Source of the DNA: a virus
Lineage: Duplodnaviria; Heunggongvirae; Uroviricota; Caudoviricetes
DNA length: 7,132 nucleotides
IMG/VR virus record: IMGVR_UViG_2690316278_000006
Reading direction: 5' to 3' (one strand)
Under the pieces are notes generated by a model. The model ran no database searches. It was not told the origin of the DNA and saw only the letters and a list, made by a program, of their open reading frames with translations. This document shows positions 1-6,750 of this stretch, piece by piece (position 1 is the stretch's first letter; the number at the start of each line of letters is the position of its first letter). The translations under genes and the position numbers were made by a program.

Positions 1-189
1 CTGGACGAAACGTTCTCGGTATCCGGGACGGAATCATCAGCGACCAGACAGCATTGAGAATGCTTCAGGAGTACATCAGGATCCAATGCCTTGGGGGGTA
101 GCGGTAATTTTACTCATTATCCTTCAAATCAGATTCTGTTGTCAGAGGAATGGGGGAAGCTGGATTCGCAAGAGCTTTTTATGGGCAGT

Positions 190-699
190 TTAGCTAAAAA
201 AAGGCAACACGAAGCTAAAACTACCAACATAAAGTGCTGACCAGCTAGCAGCTGAAATCAGACTCACTGTATACACTTTCACTGGATGAAGTTGCAACAT
301 TCCTGCCACCAAAGGAGCAATATAACGCAGCACGGCGATAAAGCGCGAAGTGAAAAGTATTGACACAGAGTTATTTTGCAACTGAAGGCGAACCCGTTCT
401 ATTGTATTGGAACGGCTTGATATTATACATGCAAGTTGAGGGATATGCCCAATTATTATACCAAGATGGTAATTAACGATAGTACCGCACCATGCGCCAC
501 TCATGACCGTGATTCCAGCTTCCCATGGTGAAAGAGTCGTCTTGCTGACTGTAATTACAGTGGCCATCATAATTGATGCTGGTGGCAATATCGCCGAAAT
601 GAGTAAAGTGGATTTTGTGAACGCTATTATAAAAAGAAGCCCCCATAGGCGATATGGATGAAGTACAAAATAGTTCATCAAAGCATTTATCCACTCCAT
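190..699 (-). CDS. small inner-membrane protein, DedA/YqaA-like (putative prophage moron)
   Basis: Minus-strand ORF 190..702 (170 aa) in the track. Its first codon is TTG (702-700); the next codon is ATG (699-697), preceded on the minus strand by AAGGA about 9 nt upstream, so ATG is the likelier start. Stop is TAA (192-190). The protein is strongly hydrophobic and the stretch 'FTKSTLLISAILPPASIMMATVI...W...G...G..VNYHLG' resembles the DedA/YqaA core motif as I remember it. The gene is visibly AT-richer than the phage genes to its right (by eye, not computed). Confidence 0.6.
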   Translation of the reverse strand: MEWINALMNYFVLHPYRLWGLLFIIAFTKSTLLISAILPPASIMMATVITVSKTTLSPWEAGITVMSGAWCGTIVNYHLGIIIGHIPQLACIISSRSNTIERVRLQLQNNSVSILFTSRFIAVLRYIAPLVAGMLQLHPVKVYTVSLISAASWSALYVGSFSFVLPFFS

Positions 700-786
700 C
701 AATGTCTTTCCTTCTGTGAATTTTTCTTTGCTATTTAACCGTGATACGACTTAATTTAGGCTTAAACACCTTACATTTACAAGGTA

Positions 787-823
787 CTCCTGTGGGGGGC
801 CCTGCCACGGAGCGTCGCAGGAG
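787..823. promoter_or_regulatory. GC-rich imperfect palindrome in the divergent intergenic region upstream of the small terminase gene
   Basis: CTCCTG (787-792) and CAGGAG (818-823) are reverse complements flanking a GC-rich core (GGGGGGCCC, CCACGG) that can form alternative stems. There is no following T-run, so it is not a canonical intrinsic terminator; it could be an operator or RNA structure. Function unknown. Confidence 0.2.
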
Positions 824-896
824 TGAGTGATGAGGAAGAATTAAAGCAACCTATTGTGACAGGCAGCGATAACAGTAAATCACAGGAAGCATAATC

Positions 897-1370
897 ATGG
901 CAAAACCGGACTGGGAGGCCATCGAATCGGCATACCGGGCCGGAGTCCTTAGCCTCCGTGATATAGGCGAGAAATACGGCGTTACAGAAGGGGCTATCAG
1001 GAAGAGGGCCAAAAAGCTTGGTTGGGCACGCAGTGGCGGTACGCAGGTTTGCAAAAATGGTACGCAAAAAAGGAAAGTGCGTACCAGCAGAAAGCCTGCC
1101 ATTACTGGCCTTACACAAAAAAGTACGCAACTAAAAACAGAATCTACACCGGATACGAAACCGATACGCGGAATGCGTACCGATCCCCCGACTAACCCAT
1201 TCCAACCCGGTAACCAGCAGGCATTAAAACACGGTGGTTATGCCCGTCGCCTTCTGCTCAAAGATGAGGTGATAGAGGACGCTAAAGCGTTGACGCTCGA
1301 GGACGAATTATTTCGCCTTCGTGCTAACAACCTTGTCGCTGCAGAGAATATTGGTCGGTGGTTGGTGTCG
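897..1370 (+). CDS. phage terminase small subunit (3' end lost in N-run)
   Basis: ATG 897 has AGGAAG about 7 nt upstream. The N-terminus carries an HTH-like segment 'LSLRDIGEKYGVTEGAIRKRAKKLGW' followed by a basic region, typical of small terminase DNA-binding domains, and the gene sits immediately 5' of the large terminase. The track's 749-aa ORF 897..3146 is this gene fused to the next one through N codons; the true stop lies inside the gap 1371-1855. Confidence 0.7.
1038..1181. repeat. cluster of GTACGCA/TGCGTAC heptamers inside the small terminase gene, including a perfect 9-bp inverted repeat; candidate pac / terminase recognition site
   Basis: Exact heptamer copies: GTACGCA at 1039-1045, 1060-1066 and 1123-1129; inverted TGCGTAC at 1078-1084 and 1174-1180. 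TGGTACGCA (1058-1066) and TGCGTACCA (1078-1086) form a perfect 9-bp inverted repeat with an 11-nt A-rich spacer. Near-copies lie at 1025-1033 (GGCACGCAG) and 1163-1170 (GATACGCG). Only one other exact copy occurs in the rest of the window (3873-3879). Confidence 0.4.
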
Positions 1371-1856
1371 NNNNNNNNNNNNNNNNNNNNNNNNNNNNNN
1401 NNNNNNNNNNNNNNNNNNNNNNNNNNNNNNNNNNNNNNNNNNNNNNNNNNNNNNNNNNNNNNNNNNNNNNNNNNNNNNNNNNNNNNNNNNNNNNNNNNNN
1501 NNNNNNNNNNNNNNNNNNNNNNNNNNNNNNNNNNNNNNNNNNNNNNNNNNNNNNNNNNNNNNNNNNNNNNNNNNNNNNNNNNNNNNNNNNNNNNNNNNNN
1601 NNNNNNNNNNNNNNNNNNNNNNNNNNNNNNNNNNNNNNNNNNNNNNNNNNNNNNNNNNNNNNNNNNNNNNNNNNNNNNNNNNNNNNNNNNNNNNNNNNNN
1701 NNNNNNNNNNNNNNNNNNNNNNNNNNNNNNNNNNNNNNNNNNNNNNNNNNNNNNNNNNNNNNNNNNNNNNNNNNNNNNNNNNNNNNNNNNNNNNNNNNNN
1801 NNNNNNNNNNNNNNNNNNNNNNNNNNNNNNNNNNNNNNNNNNNNNNNNNNNNNNNG

Positions 1857-3146
1857 GATGCCGCTGGCATTGCCATATTTCTGTCGAATAAATACACCCT
1901 GCGTTTTTGTTGTGCCCGTCAGATCCAGAATAAAATCGAAGAGTCGGTGTATACCCTGCTCAAAATTCAGATAGACAGGTTTGGTCTGCGGCACCGTTTC
2001 CGTATTCTGAACAACAAAATCATTAACCGGGTTACTGGCTCGGAATTTGTTTTTTATGGATTATGGCGCAACATCGAAGAAATTAAGTCACTGGAGGGGA
2101 TCGATGTGTTGTGGCTGGAAGAAGCCCACGCACTGACGGAATACCAGTGGAAAATTCTGGAGCCAACGATCCGTAAAGAGGGTTCGGAATGCTGGTTCAT
2201 ATTCAACCCCGGACTTGTTACTGATTTCGTCTGGCGCAACTTCGTTGTTGATCCGCCCGAAGGCACTCTCATCCGCAAAATTAACTATGACGAAAATCCG
2301 TTTCTGTCTGACACCATGCTTAAGGTTATCGACGCGGCGCGACGCCGTGATCCGGATGGTTTTAAACATGTGTATGAGGGCGTTCCGGAGTCTGATGATG
2401 ATGCGGCAATCATCAAACTGTCTTGGATAGAAGCCGCAGTGGATGCGCACAAAACGTTAAATTTCGAACCCAGTGGAAGAAAGCGTATTGGCTTTGACGT
2501 GGCTGACAGTGGTACAGATAAGTGCGCTAACGTTTACCGTCACGGATCCGTTGTTTTCTGGGCCGACGAATGGAAGGCCAAAGAAGATGAATTACTGAAG
2601 AGCTGCCAGCGTACTTATCAGGCGGCGCTGGAGCGTGAAGCAGATATTGTTTACGACTCTATCGGTGTTGGTGCGTCTGCCGGTGCTAAATTCTCTGAAA
2701 TTAACGCTGACCGGAAGAGCGAGAACGCATACGCGCGACGTGTGAATTACCAGAGGTTTAACGCCGGTGCTGGTGTGCATGAGCCAGATGACGAGTACAA
2801 CGGCATCCCCAACAAAGACTTTTTCGCAAATCTTAAGGCTCAGGCATGGTGGCTGGTGGCTGACCGTTTCAGAAATACGTTTAACGCCATTAACAACGGA
2901 GAACAGTATCCTGTGGATGAGCTGATCAGCATAGATTCTCGTTGTCCGTTGCTTGAAAAGCTGAAACTGGAACTGACAACACCTCATCGTGATTTCGACC
3001 GTAACGGACGTGTGATGGTCGAAAGTAAAAAAGACCTCGCAAAACGCGAGATACCGTCACCAAACGTTGCTGATGCATTCATTATGGCCTTCGCGCCAAT
3101 CGATACATCGCTGGATATCTGGGAACAGCTGGGGAGACAGGCCTGA
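1857..3146 (+). CDS. phage terminase large subunit, PBSX-like family (5' end including Walker A lost in N-run)
   Basis: Open frame of about 430 codons from the gap edge to TGA 3144-3146. It contains a Walker-B-like 'IDVLWLEEAH' and a downstream acidic nuclease-domain-like segment 'IGFDVADSGTDK'. The stop overlaps the next start (ATGA at 3144-3148). The N-terminal ATPase part with the expected Walker A is presumably inside the gap. Confidence 0.85.
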   Translation, partial: DAAGIAIFLSNKYTLRFCCARQIQNKIEESVYTLLKIQIDRFGLRHRFRILNNKIINRVTGSEFVFYGLWRNIEEIKSLEGIDVLWLEEAHALTEYQWKILEPTIRKEGSECWFIFNPGLVTDFVWRNFVVDPPEGTLIRKINYDENPFLSDTMLKVIDAARRRDPDGFKHVYEGVPESDDDAAIIKLSWIEAAVDAHKTLNFEPSGRKRIGFDVADSGTDKCANVYRHGSVVFWADEWKAKEDELLKSCQRTYQAALEREADIVYDSIGVGASAGAKFSEINADRKSENAYARRVNYQRFNAGAGVHEPDDEYNGIPNKDFFANLKAQAWWLVADRFRNTFNAINNGEQYPVDELISIDSRCPLLEKLKLELTTPHRDFDRNGRVMVESKKDLAKREIPSPNVADAFIMAFAPIDTSLDIWEQLGRQA

Positions 3147-4612
3147 TGGCACGAAACAAACAAGCCCTGCGGCGAACTGTGCAGGCCACAGCTGATGGTT
3201 ATGAGAATTTTATTGCCCGCGTAGGGATGCAGACACCTAACCAGCACTCAGCATCCACCTACCGGGCTAATTTCACCAGTCGTAACCGCATGCTGGTGGA
3301 ATGGTCCTATCGTTCATCCTAGATCATCGGCGAAGCAGTCGATGCTATCCCGGATGATATGACCCGCAAAGGCATTCGCATCACTTCGGAAATTGATGCA
3401 AAAGATCGTGGCATTCTCGAATCACAACTGGATGAGTTGCAAATCTGGGATGCGCTGAATGACGTGCTGAAATGGTCGCGCCTCTACGGCGGCGCGGTGG
3501 GTTTCATCATGATTGAGGGGTAGGCACCAATGACCCCGCTGCGACCCGAAACCATCGGTAAGGGCAAGTTTAAGGGGATTCTCCCGCTCGACCGCTGGAT
3601 GGTCGACCCGGCACTGACCCGCCGCATTAAAGATATGGGGCCGGACCTGGGTAAACCTGAGTTTTACGATGTGGTGACCACAGCAACGGGAATTCCTGCC
3701 TGGCGCATTCATCACAGTCGCCTGATTCGCTTTGATGGCGTCACGTTGCCATTTCAGCAGAAGATGACCGAGAACGAATGGGGAATGTCGGTTGTAGAGC
3801 GTATCTGGGATCGTCTTACCGCGTTCGACAGCGCTACTGTCGGCGCGGCGCAGCTGGTCTACAAGGCGCATTTGCGTACCTACAGCGTGGAGAAGCTACG
3901 CGAGCTTATCGCACTTGGTGGTCCTGCGTATGAAGCGTTGCTGAAGAATATCGACCTGATTCGACAGTTCCAGAGTAATGAAGGCATGACGCTCATGGAC
4001 TCGCGGGATAAGTTTGAAACCCATCAGTACAGCTTCAGTGGTCTGGATGACATCCTTTCGCAGTTTGTAGAACAGATTAGTGGCGCTGTTGGTATCCCAC
4101 TGGTGCGGTTGTTCGGACAGTCCCCGAAAGGATTTTCTACCGGTGATGCAGACCTTGCCAACTATTACGATCGCATCAGTTCGTTGCAGGAGAGGCGTTT
4201 ACGTCTTCCGGTGCGGCGGATACTGGACATCATGCATCGTTCGGAACTTGGCAAGCCGCTGCCGGACGATTTCACGTTTGAGTTTAACCCGCTCTGGCAA
4301 ATGTCTGATGTCGATCGCTCAACGGTGGCGTTAAACACCACCAACGCAATCAGTACGGCGCTGGGTGATGGTCTGATGACACTGAAAGCCGCTATGACTG
4401 ATTTGCGAGAAAATTCTGACGTAACCGGCATCGGGGCATCCATTACCGACGAGGACATCGAGAATGCCGAAGATGAAGCGCCGCCCGGCATCGGCGAACC
4501 TGATGACGAACCGCAGGAGCCGTCAGGCGGAAATCCGGTATCGAACCAGCCTACGCAGGATAGCGAGGGCGGTCGGAGACATCGTAAATGGTCGCTACGA
4601 TGGTTCAAATGA
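3146..4612 (+). pseudogene. phage portal protein reading frame (489 codons) interrupted by two in-frame TAG codons
   Basis: One frame runs from ATG 3146 (GGGGAG about 9 nt upstream, start overlapping the terminase stop) to TGA 4610-4612, with no frameshift. It is broken only by TAG at 3320-3322 and TAG at 3521-3523, giving segments of 58, 66 and 360 aa that read as one continuous protein with an acidic C-terminal tail. Size and position directly after the large terminase fit a portal protein. Confidence 0.6.
3530..4612 (+). CDS. portal protein, longest uninterrupted segment (360 aa), possibly expressed as an N-truncated product
   Basis: ORF-track entry 3530..4612. ATG 3530 lies two codons after the second in-frame TAG and has GAGGGG about 9 nt upstream. 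It is in the same frame as 3146..3523, so it is most likely the C-terminal three quarters of the portal rather than an independent gene. Confidence 0.6.
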   Translation: MTPLRPETIGKGKFKGILPLDRWMVDPALTRRIKDMGPDLGKPEFYDVVTTATGIPAWRIHHSRLIRFDGVTLPFQQKMTENEWGMSVVERIWDRLTAFDSATVGAAQLVYKAHLRTYSVEKLRELIALGGPAYEALLKNIDLIRQFQSNEGMTLMDSRDKFETHQYSFSGLDDILSQFVEQISGAVGIPLVRLFGQSPKGFSTGDADLANYYDRISSLQERRLRLPVRRILDIMHRSELGKPLPDDFTFEFNPLWQMSDVDRSTVALNTTNAISTALGDGLMTLKAAMTDLRENSDVTGIGASITDEDIENAEDEAPPGIGEPDDEPQEPSGGNPVSNQPTQDSEGGRRHRKWSLRWFK

Positions 4613-5246
4613 CAGTATCACGGAAATTATTGCGGCGCTGGAGCGTTACAGTGAAATCATCACCCCCTGGGCGACAAAGGTCGCGGAAAACTTTACTGCG
4701 GACCTAACCCGGCAGAACGAGAAAGTTTGGCGGCAACACAGCAAGAACATCAGTCGCGAGCTCCGCAATCTTGTGGAAAGCGCTCCTGTGGGCCAGGTGA
4801 TGCAATCCATCATCGCCGAACAGGTCAAGTACATCAAATCTCTGCCTCTCGAGGCCGCAGACAGGGTGTACGACATCCAGAACAAAGCGATAGAGGCTGT
4901 TGTCACCGGTGGTCGGGCGGAGCAGTTTGCTAAAGAGATTGCATCTACCGGCGATGTTGCTAAGTCTAGGGCCGATCTGATTGCCCGAACGGAACTGGGA
5001 AGAGCAACGGGCGCGCTGGATATGGCCCGAGCGATAGCTATTGGCTCGGATGGTTATATTTGGCGTACAGCCGATGATGGCGATGTCCGAGATTCCCACG
5101 ATCACATGAAAGGTAAATTCGTCCGCTGGGATTCACCTCCAACTTTGGACGGCATGACCGGCCACGCGGGCGAGCTGCCAAACTGCCGCTGCTATAAAGA
5201 GATCGTGTTTGTTCGCGTTCCATTCGCAATGAAAAGGGCAGCATAA
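4464..5246 (+). CDS. phage head morphogenesis / minor capsid protein (Mu F / SPP1 gp7-like)
   Basis: ORF of 260 aa with GAGGA about 8 nt upstream of ATG 4464 and stop TAA 5244-5246. It contains 'WRTADDGDVRDSHDHMKGKFVRWD' (a D..VR..H type motif) and a C-terminal 'NCRCY', which I recognise as characteristic of this family. The 5' end overlaps the portal 3' end by 149 nt; alternative in-frame ATGs at 4473 and 4503 shorten the overlap only slightly. Confidence 0.8.
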   Translation: MPKMKRRPASANLMTNRRSRQAEIRYRTSLRRIARAVGDIVNGRYDGSNDSITEIIAALERYSEIITPWATKVAENFTADLTRQNEKVWRQHSKNISRELRNLVESAPVGQVMQSIIAEQVKYIKSLPLEAADRVYDIQNKAIEAVVTGGRAEQFAKEIASTGDVAKSRADLIARTELGRATGALDMARAIAIGSDGYIWRTADDGDVRDSHDHMKGKFVRWDSPPTLDGMTGHAGELPNCRCYKEIVFVRVPFAMKRAA

Positions 5247-5249
5247 CCC

Positions 5250-5798
5250 ATGAAATACTTTTTTGAGACCAGGCTCGGGGAAACCCGATACCGCCTGGCT
5301 GACGGCTCGTTGCTGTGCAAAGACGTGCCGATAGGACGAACAGGTAAGCAGCTCTATGGTGCTGATGACCTGCCAAAACTGAAACCCGATAAGTTCGGTG
5401 AAATAGTCGTCACGCGTTCTCCTGAGCAGGTATTCCATCCGGCCACGCTTGCCTCATTCGAAGGGATGAGCATCACGATCCTGCATCCTGAAGATGAAAA
5501 CGGGAATGTGCGGCTGGTAAATCCCGAGAACTGGAAAGAGCTTGCTGTCGGGCACCTCCAGAATGTCCGGCGCGGGACGGGTGAGCAGTCTGATTTGATG
5601 CTGGCTGACCTTATCGTCAAAGACGAAAGCGCCATTCAGCTTATCGAAGATGGCCTGCGCGAAGTGTCGTGCGGCTATGACGCGGAGTACGAGCAGACCG
5701 AGCCAGGTAAAGCCGAGCAGGTCGATATTACCGGAAACCATGTGGCTCTTGTCCCTAAAGGCAGAGCCGGAAATCGTTGTGCAATTGGAGACAGAGAC
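5250..5798 (+). CDS. phage head scaffold/protease-like protein, N-terminal part (DUF2213-like, from memory); 3' end in N-run
   Basis: ATG 5250 lies 4 nt after the upstream TAA. 183 codons are visible before the N-run. The N-terminal '[19 protein letters not shown]' resembles a motif I recall from DUF2213-type phage head proteins; this is uncertain without a profile search. Its position after the Mu-F-like gene is typical for a scaffold/protease. Confidence 0.6.
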
Positions 5799-6094
5799 NN
5801 NNNNNNNNNNNNNNNNNNNNNNNNNNNNNNNNNNNNNNNNNNNNNNNNNNNNNNNNNNNNNNNNNNNNNNNNNNNNNNNNNNNNNNNNNNNNNNNNNNNN
5901 NNNNNNNNNNNNNNNNNNNNNNNNNNNNNNNNNNNNNNNNNNNNNNNNNNNNNNNNNNNNNNNNNNNNNNNNNNNNNNNNNNNNNNNNNNNNNNNNNNNN
6001 NNNNNNNNNNNNNNNNNNNNNNNNNNNNNNNNNNNNNNNNNNNNNNNNNNNNNNNNNNNNNNNNNNNNNNNNNNNNNNNNNNNNNNNNNNNNNN

Positions 6095-6544
6095 GATGAT
6101 GACCTCAAAACATTACTGAAAGCCCTGCTGGCTAAGCTGGAAAGAAATGCCACGGGCGATAACGATAATAAGCCTGACGATAATCCGACCGGTGACGGCG
6201 AGGACGATGAAGAGGAAACCACGATTACTGGTGACTCAGCCTGGCGTGCCGAAGTTATCGTTCCGGGTATCGATCTGAGCCGTAAGATGAAACCGACCGC
6301 GTTCAAACGCGAGGTTCTGGCTTCTGCTGACAAAACGCTGGTTCGCCAGATAGTCGGTGATGCGGATATCCGCAAATTACCGAAACAATCGGTCGACATG
6401 GCGTTTAATGCCGTGTCTGAGGTTGCCAAAGGGCGAAACACCCGCGCCACCACCGGCGATGCACAGCGCCTAAACATGGGCATGACCAGTATCGCTTCCC
6501 TGAACAAACAAAACGCTGAATTCTGGGCAAACCGTAAAGGGTAA
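6095..6544 (+). CDS. acidic scaffold-like protein, C-terminal part (5' end in N-run); probably the same gene as 5250..5798
   Basis: Open frame from the gap edge to TAA 6542-6544, 149 codons. It has an acidic low-complexity tract 'DNDNKPDDNPTGDGEDDEEETT' followed by a helical-looking C-terminus, which is scaffold-like. The reading frames on both sides of the N-run are exactly in phase with the gap boundaries, so any true gap length divisible by 3 gives one continuous gene. Confidence 0.5.
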   Translation, partial: DDDLKTLLKALLAKLERNATGDNDNKPDDNPTGDGEDDEEETTITGDSAWRAEVIVPGIDLSRKMKPTAFKREVLASADKTLVRQIVGDADIRKLPKQSVDMAFNAVSEVAKGRNTRATTGDAQRLNMGMTSIASLNKQNAEFWANRKG

Positions 6545-6547
6545 AAA

Positions 6548-6724
6548 ATGAATAATGTATTTCTGTACCGGATGCCTGTTGGCATTGCCGGGGCTGTCTC
6601 TCGCCCGCAGGACTTAACCGTCGAACCGGTGGTCCTTAAATCCGATAACGCCTTCGCTGCCTATGGCCTGGCTGGTAAATACGATGATGACGGTTTTTTC
6701 GTGCCGCTGGCAGATGGTGATACC
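6548..6724 (+). CDS. phage head-module structural protein (hypothetical), N-terminal part up to the 26-nt N-run
   Basis: ATG 6548 has AAAGGG about 6 nt upstream and lies 4 nt after the previous stop. 59 codons are visible ('MNNVFLYRMPVGIAGAVSRPQ...FVPLADGDT') before the N-run. Confidence 0.5.
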
Positions 6725-6750
6725 NNNNNNNNNNNNNNNNNNNNNNNNNN

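Noticed and set aside
1-189. 3' end of an upstream + strand gene (frame ending TGA 55-57, or frame ending TAG 99-101)
   Set aside because: Two frames are open from the window edge, but the fragments are 18 and 32 codons and not recognisable, so I could not decide which, if either, is the real C-terminus of a lysis-region gene. Not reported as a feature.
100-190. Possible bidirectional intrinsic terminator between the convergent upstream gene and the moron
   Set aside because: Only a weak AGCT...AGCT pairing with flanking T and A runs (172-202); no stable GC-rich stem followed by a U-tract was found by eye.
473-1130. Minus-strand ORFs 473..694, 777..1130 and 851..1102, plus 6870..7061
   Set aside because: 473..694 is out of frame inside the DedA/YqaA-like gene. 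777..1130 and 851..1102 run antisense across the terS start and the upstream intergenic region with no convincing start context. 6870..7061 is antisense to the structural gene.
1238-1994. Track ORFs made mostly of X (1238..1897 -, 1308..1994 -, 1321..1974 +, 1358..1891 +)
   Set aside because: They exist only because N codons contain no stops; there is essentially no real sequence support.
897-3146. 749-aa single ORF in the track spanning 897..3146
   Set aside because: It passes through a 485-nt N-run translated as X. The N-terminal part is a small terminase with an HTH and the post-gap part is a large terminase lacking its Walker A region; these are two genes whose boundary is inside the gap.
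3146-4612. Genome-wide TAG reassignment (alternative genetic code) as the explanation for the in-frame ambers
   Set aside because: In-frame TAG is confined to the portal gene; the other visible late genes have none, and the sequence otherwise looks like a standard-code enterobacterial phage. Local nonsense mutation or suppression is more parsimonious, though recoding cannot be excluded from this window alone.
2054-5741. Minus-strand ORFs inside terminase, portal and head genes (2054..2278, 2088..2450, 2592..2987, 2984..3247, 3422..3871, 4165..4608, 4646..4906, 4704..5105, 5038..5376, 5133..5438, 5354..5635, 5454..5741) and + strand out-of-frame ORFs 2215..2430, 4080..4334, 4727..4933
   Set aside because: They lie fully within confidently assigned + strand genes with recognisable motifs. 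Their translations are low-complexity or Arg/Ser/Cys-rich, typical of antisense or off-frame reading of coding sequence.
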